Shown here: in pieces, positions 7,551 through 16,594 of the stretch | Layout of the letters: each line of letters starts with the position of its first letter | Numbering within the stretch: the stretch's first letter is position 1 | Assembly (NCBI GenBank): GCA_038247045.1 | Contig: JBBRVK010000002.1 | Location: 1 to 41,359, forward strand | Reading direction: 5' to 3' | Origin: Minisyncoccia bacterium | Lineage (GTDB): Bacteria > Patescibacteriota > Minisyncoccia > Phycocordibacterales > UBA9973 | Length of the DNA stretch: 41,359 bases | Notes under the pieces: generated by a model | Seen by the model: only the letters and a program-made list of their open reading frames with translations | What the model was told of the DNA's origin: nothing | Database searches by the model: none | Program-made: the position numbers and the translations under genes

Positions 7551-8286
7551 ATTTATATTCATTTAAAATATCTTTTATCTCATCATCTACTTTTCTCAGG
7601 TCGAATTTTTCTATTACAGAGAGCGAAGAATCTCTTCCCCATCCTCCATTGTTATATCTTGACTTATTAATATCATTGCCATTTTTTATTATAGATACGG
7701 CATATAAATATGATGGATTCTTTTTTCTGTATAGTTCCTGATAGTCCTTACTGTAATAAGCCATATATAAATCATCATCTCTATGGTCCTTTTCTGTTCC
7801 ATAAATTACCCACTCTTCATCTCCATTTTTATTTTTTCGAGGCAAGATATCTTCTTTTGAGGCATGATAAGCAATAAAGCGTTCTTGTTTTAAATTATTA
7901 GATATTAATTTTTTAATCATTTGAGACATATCTATATTACCAGCTCTTATTTCTTTTAAGGAATATAAAAAATACTTATTTTTTAATTCAAATGGTGAAG
8001 AAATCAAAGCTAAATATTCTTCTTCTAAAAGATTACTCGATAGTGTTTCAAATTCTAAAATTTCTTCCTCTTTAAAACCTACACTATTCAAAGATTTAAT
8101 AACAGAATCATATACACCAGTGTTTATAATTAAATCAAATATTAATTTTTTCTTTTCTTCAAGATTTGTTTCTTTTTTTATTTCAGAAATATTTTTATTT
8201 TCATAATAATTAGTATTGTGTTTTTTACTCAAAAAAACTCCCTCTTTTTTTGAGGATACTAAATTTTCTTTAAAAGTTTCTTTCAT
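7549..8286 (-). CDS. Hypothetical protein (245 aa)
   Basis: Uninterrupted ORF convergent with 7237-7533. No family recognised. Confidence 0.6.
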   Translation of the reverse strand: MKETFKENLVSSKKEGVFLSKKHNTNYYENKNISEIKKETNLEEKKKLIFDLIINTGVYDSVIKSLNSVGFKEEEILEFETLSSNLLEEEYLALISSPFELKNKYFLYSLKEIRAGNIDMSQMIKKLISNNLKQERFIAYHASKEDILPRKNKNGDEEWVIYGTEKDHRDDDLYMAYYSKDYQELYRKKNPSYLYAVSIIKNGNDINKSRYNNGGWGRDSSLSVIEKFDLRKVDDEIKDILNEYK

Positions 8287-8333
8287 TTTTATATATTACA
8301 CTTTTTACTTTTAAAAGAAAGGTTGTGTTATAT

Positions 8334-9152
8334 CTATATAAAATCTCCTATTTTTGTCCGAATAATCTTAAAAGCTAAAGCTGGAACCCCAAGAGATTTT
8401 CCAAGATTATTTGCAATCCCCCTGACGTAGACACCGCTACCACAAGTAATTTTTAATTTCAAAATTTGATATTCAAAATCAGACTTTCCTTCTAAAATAT
8501 TTTCCCAGCCGGAGATTATTTCTTTCTGTCGAAAATCACCATTAACTTTTAAAATCTTTTCTCTAATACCCAAGAGGAGGTCATTCCCCTTTATTGTTGA
8601 CCAACCAAGATTATCAATACTTTCCACAAATACATCGTGAGTCGGGATCTCTATTTCGGAAAGTTTTTCCTCTCTCGCCCATTGCCAAAGGGGTTTATTC
8701 TTTACAGTTCGCGAAGAATAAGGCGGATACGATTGATTAATTCTTCCAACAAAAGAAGATATGGCTTCTTCTAGAACAGAATCGAGAGAAGTATTTGAGA
8801 TGGTCTGGCCGAGCTTCCCAAAGAATTTGGCGAGGAAATCCGAGGACCTCTCAAATGCTTCTGTCGACGAAGTGGAATTTTGCAAAACTTTTCCCAACAC
8901 ATCATACGTATCAGTCGCAAAACCAAAAAGAACTTCCACTTCATATTCTTTTGGAAGAACCAAGTATTCGTCTTTTTTCAAACATTCATCTCCTACTAAA
9001 ATAATCAAGACCCCTTCAGCCAAAGGATCAAGCCTTCCAGCATAAGTCATCGGCAAAAATTTCAATTCTGGATTATCTTTTTTCAGATTATTAATGCATT
9101 CGAGGGGGGTCTCGCCACATTTTTTGTATACCTTAATAACCTTATCGGACAT
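8334..9152 (-). CDS. truB: tRNA pseudouridine(55) synthase TruB-like
   Basis: 272 aa. Catalytic-Asp motif YAGRLDPLAEGVLIILVG, KEY and FGFATDTYDVLG motifs in TruB order. Confidence 0.8.
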   Translation of the reverse strand: MSDKVIKVYKKCGETPLECINNLKKDNPELKFLPMTYAGRLDPLAEGVLIILVGDECLKKDEYLVLPKEYEVEVLFGFATDTYDVLGKVLQNSTSSTEAFERSSDFLAKFFGKLGQTISNTSLDSVLEEAISSFVGRINQSYPPYSSRTVKNKPLWQWAREEKLSEIEIPTHDVFVESIDNLGWSTIKGNDLLLGIREKILKVNGDFRQKEIISGWENILEGKSDFEYQILKLKITCGSGVYVRGIANNLGKSLGVPALAFKIIRTKIGDFI

Positions 9153-9153
9153 A

Positions 9154-9182
9154 TTGCCATAGTACCATAGATATGCTAGTAT
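9154..9182 (+). promoter_or_regulatory. Promoter of infC-rpmI-rplT
   Basis: TTGCCA - 17 nt - TGcTAGTAT (extended -10). The same TGCTAGTAT element is found at the rpsN and rpsS restart promoters. Confidence 0.5.
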
Positions 9183-9227
9183 TGGGCTTAGGTAGGTAAT
9201 CTATTTTATTTCTATCGGACATACAAA

Positions 9228-9734
9228 TTGAGAGAAAGAATAAACAATCAAATAAGAGCAAATGAGGTTCGTGTAATCTCAAACGAAGGGGTAAACCTTG
9301 GCGTTTTGAGTTTTAAAGATGCCTTTGCTATGGCCAATAAAGAAGGCCTTGATTTAATTGAAATTTCTCCCAATACGAATCCTCCAATAGTAAAGATTGC
9401 AGATTACGGGAAATACAAATATGAGCAAAATAAGAAGCTAAAAAAGGCTAAAGCAGGTGCAAAAATCACTGAAACCAAGGCTGTCCAAATAAAGATAGGT
9501 ACTGGAGACAATGATTTAGCCCTTAAGGCTCGTAAGGCATCAGAATGGTTGAAGGAAGGACATCGTATTAAAGTGGAATTATTCCTCTCTGGACGATCCA
9601 AGTTTATGCCTGAAGCATTCTTAAAAGAAAGACTCAATCGTGTACTTCACCTTATAACAGAGAATTACAAAGTTGCAGAGGATTATAGGAAAGGTCCCAA
9701 AGGTCCAACAATTACAATAGAAAAAGAAAAATAA
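9228..9734 (+). CDS. infC: Translation initiation factor IF-3
   Basis: 168 aa. INNQIRANEVRVISNEG...GLDLIEISPNTNPPIVKIADYGKYKYE. Non-ATG (TTG) start, as is usual for infC. Followed by rpmI and rplT. Confidence 0.9.
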   Translation: MRERINNQIRANEVRVISNEGVNLGVLSFKDAFAMANKEGLDLIEISPNTNPPIVKIADYGKYKYEQNKKLKKAKAGAKITETKAVQIKIGTGDNDLALKARKASEWLKEGHRIKVELFLSGRSKFMPEAFLKERLNRVLHLITENYKVAEDYRKGPKGPTITIEKEK

Positions 9735-9738
9735 TTTT

Positions 9739-9930
9739 ATGAGTATAAAAACAAACAAATCATTAACAAAGCGTTTGAAAGTTACCAAAAATGGTAAAAT
9801 TCTATCTAGAGCTCCTGGTTTCAATCATTTTAATGCTAAGCAATCTCGTACAAAGCAATTAGCTGGTCGCAAGATGAACAAACAAGCGTTCTCAAACAAA
9901 ATTACTAGAACATATTTGCCTAATGCGTAA
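9739..9930 (+). CDS. rpmI: 50S ribosomal protein L35
   Basis: 63 aa, basic. KTNKSLTKRLKVTKNGKILSR. Synteny infC-rpmI-rplT. Confidence 0.9.
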   Translation: MSIKTNKSLTKRLKVTKNGKILSRAPGFNHFNAKQSRTKQLAGRKMNKQAFSNKITRTYLPNA

Positions 9931-9957
9931 ATAATTACAAAATTCTAATTAAAATAT

Positions 9958-10299
9958 ATGACAAGAGTTAAAAGAGGAGTAATAAAAAATAAACACAGAA
10001 AGAATATTCTTAAACAAGCTAAGGGTTTTCGTTTTGGACGTAGTACAAAGAAAGCTCAAGCTAAAGATGCTCTAAGACACTCAGGTAACTATTCTTTTGC
10101 TCACCGCAAAGACAAGAAAGCTGATGCTCGTAGTTTGTGGACAACTCGTATTAATGCTGCCATCCGACCATTCGCAATGTCTTACAGTAAATTTATTGAT
10201 GGACTAAAAAAGAAGAATATTGAAATAGACCGTAAAATATTATCTGAATTAGCAGGAAAGAATCCTGAAACATTTGCAAGAATCGTAAAAAGTATCTAA
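9958..10299 (+). CDS. rplT: 50S ribosomal protein L20
   Basis: 113 aa. MTRVKRGVIKNKHRKNILKQAKGFRFGRS. Confidence 0.92.
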   Translation: MTRVKRGVIKNKHRKNILKQAKGFRFGRSTKKAQAKDALRHSGNYSFAHRKDKKADARSLWTTRINAAIRPFAMSYSKFIDGLKKKNIEIDRKILSELAGKNPETFARIVKSI

Positions 10300-10301
10300 T
10301 T

Positions 10302-10343
10302 AAATTAAAAGACCCTGCTCATTTGAGTAGGGTCTTTTAATTT
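10302..10343. terminator. Bidirectional terminator between rplT and the beta-CASP gene
   Basis: aaattaaaagaccct / agggtcttttaattt 15-bp arms. Confidence 0.7.
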
Positions 10344-10350
10344 ATAAACT

Positions 10351-11721
10351 TTAACAATCTAAGGTAATTTGTTCACCCGATAATGGAGTATAAGCATTCA
10401 CACCAAGGTTATCTGTCAGCTTCTGGGCCAAGAACATGGAAGCTTTTGGTTCACCCATCAATAGGTAAACTTTTTTAACAGTTTTAGCAGTGCTTTCAAC
10501 AAATTCTACAAGATGGTCAGAGTCTTTATGTCCAGAATATCCACTTATCATTTCAACATGGGCTTTTACTGTTACGTCTTCCCCCATTATATGAAGCTTT
10601 TTAACTCCATTTTGAATTGAGCGGCCAAGCGTTCCGACTGATTGATAACCAATAAGTAAGATTGTATTTTGGGCGAATGGAAGATAATTTTTTTCATGAT
10701 GCAAAATTCTTCCCCCATTACTCATTCCACTTCCTGCCATAATAATCTTTGGATCTGGAACACGGAGAATTGCTTTTGATTCTTCGGTATCTTCCGTCAT
10801 TTTTAAACCTATAAAATCAAAGATATCATCTCCCCCGTTTATAATTTTCAAAGCTGTCGGATTAAAATATTTTTCATATTTACCATAGATGGCAGTTAGT
10901 TTAATTGCCAAAGGTGAGTCGAGGAAAATTGGCATTTTAGGAATAGCATTTGCTTCAACAAAAGAATCTATTTCATATAATAATTCTTGTGTTCTCTCAA
11001 GTGAGAAAGTTGGAATAATCAGTGTTCCATTTCTTTCATAATTTTCTTTTATAATTTGTTCTAATTTCTTTTTTCTCTCACCCCGATCTTCATGATTTCG
11101 GTCACCATAAACAGATTCCATAAATAAATAATCTACATCTGTTATCTTGTCCGTATCACGCAATAATGGTGAAGGAGAATTACCAAGATCCCCCGTAAAG
11201 ATAATTTTTTTATCATTATATATAATCTCTAACATTCCTGAACCTAAAATATGTCCAGCATCTTTGAAAGAAAACTGAAATCCATGGTCCACATTTAACT
11301 TCTCTCCATATTCTAATGTTTCCCAGAGACTCATCGCTTTCTTAATATTCTCTGGTGTATAGATTAAAGCTAAACCATGTTCTTCATCGCGAGAAAGAAG
11401 GTGGGCAGTATCAGCAAGCATTATTTCTGTAATCTCTTTCGTTGGAATTGTTGAAATGATTCGTCCATTAAACCCTTCGCTTATAAGCTTTGGAATACGT
11501 CCGATATGATCTATATGTCCGTGAGTAATAAATAAGATATCAATAGTTGAAGCATCATAAGGAAATTTTTCCCAATTTAAATCTTCGGCAAGTTTTTCAC
11601 CTTGGATTAAACCACAATCAACCAAAAACTTTTTTTCATTCCCTTCTATTAAAAAATTGGCACCCGTGACGGTACCAGCCCCAGAACAAAATGTGACTTT
11701 CAGTTTCTTTTCATTTGCCAT
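10351..11721 (-). CDS. MBL-fold beta-CASP ribonuclease (CPSF/RNase J-related)
   Basis: 456 aa. HxHxDH motif ITHGHIDHIGRIP, N-terminal TVTGANFLIEG...FLVDCGLIQG, later D and H motifs in beta-CASP order. Confidence 0.8.
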   Translation of the reverse strand: MANEKKLKVTFCSGAGTVTGANFLIEGNEKKFLVDCGLIQGEKLAEDLNWEKFPYDASTIDILFITHGHIDHIGRIPKLISEGFNGRIISTIPTKEITEIMLADTAHLLSRDEEHGLALIYTPENIKKAMSLWETLEYGEKLNVDHGFQFSFKDAGHILGSGMLEIIYNDKKIIFTGDLGNSPSPLLRDTDKITDVDYLFMESVYGDRNHEDRGERKKKLEQIIKENYERNGTLIIPTFSLERTQELLYEIDSFVEANAIPKMPIFLDSPLAIKLTAIYGKYEKYFNPTALKIINGGDDIFDFIGLKMTEDTEESKAILRVPDPKIIMAGSGMSNGGRILHHEKNYLPFAQNTILLIGYQSVGTLGRSIQNGVKKLHIMGEDVTVKAHVEMISGYSGHKDSDHLVEFVESTAKTVKKVYLLMGEPKASMFLAQKLTDNLGVNAYTPLSGEQITLDC

Positions 11722-11793
11722 ATATGTTTATTATACATGATATAACTAAAAATTGGAATTTTATAAAAAAATAAATATTAATCGCCTATAAAT

Positions 11794-11821
11794 AAAAAAA
11801 ATCCTTACAAAAATGTAAAGA
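11794..11821 (-). terminator. Intrinsic terminator ~245 nt downstream of the HD-domain gene
   Basis: Minus strand tctttaca tttt tgtaagga followed by T8-9. Confidence 0.55.
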
Positions 11822-12065
11822 ATTTCTTTTTAGGACTATCCGAATATATTACCGTAGCATAACGCTAGGTGGGATTAAGAATGTGGCAGATTTGTTAACG
11901 TAATAGTAGACAGCACTGTAACATAACTATATATCCCCTAAAATATTGTTCTAGGTAATACAATTCAAATAACCCTACTTAAACTATACTCGTCTAAAGA
12001 CACCAATGCAAGTCATTTTATAAATAAAGCACACTTTTGACATCATTTCAAAGAAGATTTTTAAT

Positions 12066-12710
12066 TTAAATTTCAAAATTTTTCAGTTTTTCTAAATAAG
12101 GAGCAATTGATTCGTTATTTATATCTTCTGGTTTTATTTTTAAATGTGAAAAAATTTGATTTTCAATTGACCTCATATTTTTCATAAAAAACTCCCTAGC
12201 TTCTTCTGTAAAAACATGAGGATGATGCTCATATCTCTTTTTTGCTTCAAGATTTCTCTCTTCGATTGAAACAACGCAATGAGGAGTAGCTCTATTGTCA
12301 GCATAAATACCTATTTTTTCACCTAAATCAAGACCTTGATTTACTTCTTGAATATACTCAGGCTCAATAACATCAACCAAATGAGCAACATAGTCAGATA
12401 AACCTAAATCTCGAACAATCTTAACACTAGCAGTGTGCTCACTATTGCCATATTTTTCGATACACTCTTCTTTAACTTTTTGCCAATATTCTTGGCCTTC
12501 AGGCTGATTATGTTCTGGAAAATAACTTAAATCAAATTTAATAATATTTGCTATGTCATGGAATAAACAAGCCTTAATGATACTATCTTTATCAACAGGA
12601 GTTTCCAGTGAATCACAAATTTGCCATGCAACAGCTGTTACTCTAAACAGATGGACTGCAAGTATTGGCATGACTTTATATTCTTTATATATATCTATAA
12701 TTTTTCTCAT
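12066..12710 (-). CDS. HD-domain phosphohydrolase
   Basis: 214 aa. H...HD motif (VHLFRV ... CLFHDIANI), later EHHPH. Confidence 0.7.
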   Translation of the reverse strand: MRKIIDIYKEYKVMPILAVHLFRVTAVAWQICDSLETPVDKDSIIKACLFHDIANIIKFDLSYFPEHNQPEGQEYWQKVKEECIEKYGNSEHTASVKIVRDLGLSDYVAHLVDVIEPEYIQEVNQGLDLGEKIGIYADNRATPHCVVSIEERNLEAKKRYEHHPHVFTEEAREFFMKNMRSIENQIFSHLKIKPEDINNESIAPYLEKLKNFEI

Positions 12711-12726
12711 TTTAATATTAAACGGA

Positions 12727-12752
12727 GAAAACCCGCCTCATGGCGGATTTTA
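12727..12752 (-). terminator. Terminator after ndk
   Basis: ccgcc tcat ggcgg core with flanking A/T runs, just downstream of the stop at 12764. Confidence 0.55.
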
Positions 12753-12763
12753 TTCCTGAAAAG

Positions 12764-13279
12764 TTATTTTACTTTTGTTTGAGTAAATTTTTCTTGAACA
12801 GTTGAATAAGTAAATAATTCCCCTTCTGAAAACCAATGTGCTATTTCTGCGGCTGCTTCTTCTGGATCACCTGAAGCATGAACGATATTTGGAATTCCAA
12901 CACCATTTGCATCGGCATGAGAAAAACTCATATGTGAATAATCTCCACGAATAGTACCTGGGGCAGCAGCCTTTGGTTCTGTTGAACCTACCATCTTACG
13001 AATTAAAGAAACAGCTTCTACTCCCTCAAGAACAAAAGCTATGACTGGACCTTCGTTCATCATACTTAATGTCACATCAAAAGCTTTCTGACCACGACGT
13101 GAAATCATTTTGCCAATATTTTCATAGTGATGGAAATAATGATCATAACTTGGAGCAAGCATTTTAGCTCCAACAATCTTAAGTCCTATCTTTTCAAAAC
13201 GAGAAAGAATCTCACCGACGATACCACGCTGTACTGAATCTGGCTTAAAAACTACAAGGGAACGTTCTATTGTTGACAT
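12764..13279 (-). CDS. ndk: Nucleoside diphosphate kinase
   Basis: 171 aa. ERSLVVFKPDSVQRGIVGEILSRFE, active-site NIVHASGD. Confidence 0.9.
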   Translation of the reverse strand: MSTIERSLVVFKPDSVQRGIVGEILSRFEKIGLKIVGAKMLAPSYDHYFHHYENIGKMISRRGQKAFDVTLSMMNEGPVIAFVLEGVEAVSLIRKMVGSTEPKAAAPGTIRGDYSHMSFSHADANGVGIPNIVHASGDPEEAAAEIAHWFSEGELFTYSTVQEKFTQTKVK

Positions 13280-13383
13280 AAATAATATAAATAAATAATC
13301 TAATAAAGTCCTAGTATTATATACCTAAATTCCTATAAAATAAAGACGACCTAACAATCAGTATTATTGGTCACAAAAAGAAT

Positions 13384-13417
13384 AATAGCGTGATTTCTTT
13401 TAAAAAATCACGCTATT
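13384..13417 (-). terminator. Terminator-like hairpin after the 83-aa ORF
   Basis: aatagcgtgatt / aatcacgctatt 12-bp arms with a 10-nt loop. Confidence 0.5.
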
Positions 13418-13426
13418 TATTATAAA

Positions 13427-13678
13427 TTATTTCACTTGACCGCAGACACAAACATATTGGTTAACCATTTCTCCCCCACTCAGACAAACACCTCTAAAAT
13501 AAAATCTGTGTCCATGAACCTCACACTTGTTTTGGATGTTATATATCTCATCCCCAACATCTTTAACCTTAAGCTGAAGAATTTTTAGTTTTTTCCTTAA
13601 AATAGAAACTTTTCTATCTATTCCCGGAAAAGGTTCTTCTTGTGGGTCCTCAAAGAATACATCTTTACTTTTTCCCAT
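13427..13678 (-). CDS. Hypothetical small protein with a Cys/His-rich C-terminus
   Basis: 83 aa. CEVHGHRFYFRGVCLSGG...YVCVCGQVK may bind zinc. Lies downstream of the 907-aa ATPase but after its terminator. Confidence 0.45.
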   Translation of the reverse strand: MGKSKDVFFEDPQEEPFPGIDRKVSILRKKLKILQLKVKDVGDEIYNIQNKCEVHGHRFYFRGVCLSGGEMVNQYVCVCGQVK

Positions 13679-13735
13679 GGCTTTATGTTTTTAGTTTGAG
13701 CTTAATATATCAGATACTGCTATTGATGTCTATTT

Positions 13736-13767
13736 AAAAAACTAAGGAATTAATTCCTTAGTTTTTT
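13736..13767. terminator. Perfectly palindromic terminator
   Basis: aaaaaactaaggaatt aattccttagtttttt. Confidence 0.7.
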
Positions 13768-13774
13768 AACATAT

Positions 13775-16498
13775 TTACTGTCTATATTTTGCCATTATCT
13801 CCTCTTCAATTTCTTCTCGAGGACGGCCATGCTTGAGATATGAAAGTTGTTTAATCTTCTCAACAATCTCCATGTTTCCTTGTGGGGGAGGAAAGGTGGC
13901 GATGTTGAAAGGTTTAGTTGGCTGACCATTGATAAGCATTGAAACATAAGCATTTCTATTATCAATCTTCATAATATCGGCAGCTGTAAATGTTGGCTTA
14001 AATTTACTTTCTAAAAATTGCGCATCTTCAGCTCCAACTCGGAAAACTGCCATCGAGCCAACGTTACCAAAAACTGCATTTTTAATATTATCTTCTAGCT
14101 GAGAAATATATTGATGGGCGACTGTCAGTGACAGACGGTATTTACGAGCTTCAGAAAGAATTGATTCGATAGAATCAGTTGTTACATTTTGGAACTCATC
14201 AATATACAAGAAGAAATCTTCCATTTTTTTACCATACATATCAACACGAGAAAGTGCCGCCATTTGGATTTTATTAACGATTAGAAGACCAATCAAATTC
14301 GCATTCATTTCACCAAGACGACCCTTTGAAAGATTAACCAAAAGAATTTTTTTATTATCCATGATGTCACGGAAATTAAAAACTGATTTTTCTTGCAAAA
14401 CAACAGGACGCATAATGTCATTTGAAATAAAATTATCAAACTTAGAAGTAATATATGGTACGAAGTTTGCGATAGACTGATCTCCTGTTGTCTGTTCGGC
14501 ACTTTTCCAGAATTGAGAAATAATTGGATTTTTACAATGAGAAAGTTTCATATCCCGAAATTCTTTATCTGCAAGAACGCGGCCAATTTCAAGTAGAGTT
14601 GCTCCACTTTCTGGATGTTCCATCACAAGAAAAGCTGAGTTTTTAAAATATTGTTCGAACATCGGACCACCAGAAGTTTTCATGTCAAAAAGTTTATTAA
14701 AAATATTCATCAATTCATTTACGACAAAAGTTTTTTGCTCAGGATATTTTGGATCATACTCAAGCATATTGAGACCCATAGGGCGCGCTGTATAAGCGGG
14801 ATCAAAATATATAACATCATCAATACGTTCCTTTGGTATATAACTTAAAATATCTTGAATATCCGTACCGTGAGGATCAATATAACAAACTCCATGCCCT
14901 GCTAAAATATCTTGAGCAATCATATTTTTCATGATTGTTGTTTTACCAGTTCCGGTCTGACCGATAACATATAGATGACGCATACGGTCTTCATCAGCAA
15001 AATGCACCATCGTTTCTTTTCCTCGATAAATATTTTTACCCAGTGCCACACCACTATTACCCATTTCCATAGGAGCAGGAGCAATACCGGCCTTGGCTTG
15101 TTTAAGTTGTGAAGAAACAACACCATGAGGAAAGTGAAAAATCGTAGCCAACTCTTTTAAGTTAAGTGGCATTTTATAACTATCAGAAAATACTCGATAT
15201 GAAAAATTATGAATTAATTCAGCTAAATCTGTCCCTTTTGGGTGATAAAAATCAAAACCATTTCTATCAGCCTCAGTAAATTGATTAAAAGATGATTCTA
15301 TTTCAGATAATATTTGTTTGGACCGAGTTTCTGTTTCAGCTGAAGAAATAATTCGGATATTTGTCGCCATTATGGTACTTTTTAATTTTTCCGTAATATT
15401 CTCAACTGCCTTATCGTTTACTTTCTTTTCGTCTTTCTTTTTTGAAGCACCAAAAAATAATTCACTAGCAATACTTTTGAATTCTTTCGTAATTTGACGA
15501 GTCATACTGGAAGCCGTGCGAACAGACATGCCGTTTTTAACATCGGAAAGAATAATATGGAATTTCTTGATAATATCTTCATCTTCAGGACAAATAGTAA
15601 ACTGAATAGCGGCACCCTCTCCTTCTTTTTTTAATTTAGTTAGTGCATTAAGAATAATATTCAAAGGGTCATGGTCGATTGCATCATATAATTTAATAGG
15701 AAAAACCTCGCTATGAGATAGTGTTGCATATGAAGCAGAAATATTTCCTCTTTCTGAAAAAATATTATAATCATCAGGAACCTCAGTAACCTTAGCGTCT
15801 AAATGAATTCCCAATAATTGTTTTTCAAATAATTCTGATTTGTGAGAAGGAACAGCAACATAAAAAACAAAACTATCAGAACCTTCTGATAAGGCAATTT
15901 CTAAAGTAAAATGATTTCGATTATAATTCTCTCGTCCTTCACCAACAGAATGCATTCCGGCATAAAATTGCTCCATCGCACTCAATAATTCTTTTAAGCC
16001 TTTTTTATTTACATCATCAGCCGCGTCTGGAAGAGTAATTTCAAAAAGTTTCATATCGAGTGATTTAAATAATGGTGTTCCTTCTCGGAGTCCAGGAATT
16101 TTATGAGTATTATATAGATATTGAACGAGGAAACGATGGAAGTCATCATCCAAATGCGGATTATTCATCTTCGCCACAATTGATAAGGCATTAGAAATAC
16201 CCTTATCTAATAATACAGCGAGGAGCTCCTCCATTTTACTGTCATGATTTTCTGGATGCAATCTTAAAACTAAATCATGAGAAAAATTATCTTTCATGAG
16301 AGCACTTTTATGCATCACATCTTCTGGTTCATATTTTTTATATTCCCCGATAACATCATGAGCTAATAATTCTTTGTTTACTTCCATCCCCTGATCGCTA
16401 AGTGCTTTCTCTTTTTCAGCAATATGAGCACGTAAAAATTCAAGCTCTTCTTGAGGAGTCTTGAATTTGGGGGCGTTATTTAAATTAAAATTCTCCAT
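13775..16498 (-). CDS. Large P-loop ATPase of the TraD/VirD4/TrwB (FtsK-HerA superfamily) type with a ~470-aa uncharacterised N-terminal region
   Basis: 907 aa. Walker A YVIGQTGTGKTT followed by CYIDPHGTD, Walker B FFLYIDEFQNV, then LTVAHQYISQL. No N-terminal TM segments. Confidence 0.8.
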   Translation of the reverse strand: MENFNLNNAPKFKTPQEELEFLRAHIAEKEKALSDQGMEVNKELLAHDVIGEYKKYEPEDVMHKSALMKDNFSHDLVLRLHPENHDSKMEELLAVLLDKGISNALSIVAKMNNPHLDDDFHRFLVQYLYNTHKIPGLREGTPLFKSLDMKLFEITLPDAADDVNKKGLKELLSAMEQFYAGMHSVGEGRENYNRNHFTLEIALSEGSDSFVFYVAVPSHKSELFEKQLLGIHLDAKVTEVPDDYNIFSERGNISASYATLSHSEVFPIKLYDAIDHDPLNIILNALTKLKKEGEGAAIQFTICPEDEDIIKKFHIILSDVKNGMSVRTASSMTRQITKEFKSIASELFFGASKKKDEKKVNDKAVENITEKLKSTIMATNIRIISSAETETRSKQILSEIESSFNQFTEADRNGFDFYHPKGTDLAELIHNFSYRVFSDSYKMPLNLKELATIFHFPHGVVSSQLKQAKAGIAPAPMEMGNSGVALGKNIYRGKETMVHFADEDRMRHLYVIGQTGTGKTTIMKNMIAQDILAGHGVCYIDPHGTDIQDILSYIPKERIDDVIYFDPAYTARPMGLNMLEYDPKYPEQKTFVVNELMNIFNKLFDMKTSGGPMFEQYFKNSAFLVMEHPESGATLLEIGRVLADKEFRDMKLSHCKNPIISQFWKSAEQTTGDQSIANFVPYITSKFDNFISNDIMRPVVLQEKSVFNFRDIMDNKKILLVNLSKGRLGEMNANLIGLLIVNKIQMAALSRVDMYGKKMEDFFLYIDEFQNVTTDSIESILSEARKYRLSLTVAHQYISQLEDNIKNAVFGNVGSMAVFRVGAEDAQFLESKFKPTFTAADIMKIDNRNAYVSMLINGQPTKPFNIATFPPPQGNMEIVEKIKQLSYLKHGRPREEIEEEIMAKYRQ

Positions 16499-16561
16499 TC
16501 CGTTATTATAGCATAATGGAAATACAAAGAGGATAGATTTTACAAAATCATTACAATTTAT

Positions 16562-16593
16562 AAAAAAACCTCAAGCTTGCTTGAGGTTTTTTT
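16562..16593 (-). terminator. Terminator after map
   Basis: aaaaaaacctcaagc ttgc? gcttgaggttttttt palindrome abutting the map stop codon. Confidence 0.65.
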
Positions 16594-16594
16594 A

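Noticed and set aside
7549-8286. ADP-ribosyltransferase-like H-Y-E pattern (IAYHASKED ... YMAYYSKDY ... SVIEKF) in the 245-aa hypothetical protein
   Set aside because: The resemblance rests on three short, loosely spaced strings in an AT-rich, K/E/Y-rich protein. I cannot support a fold assignment without a profile or structure search.
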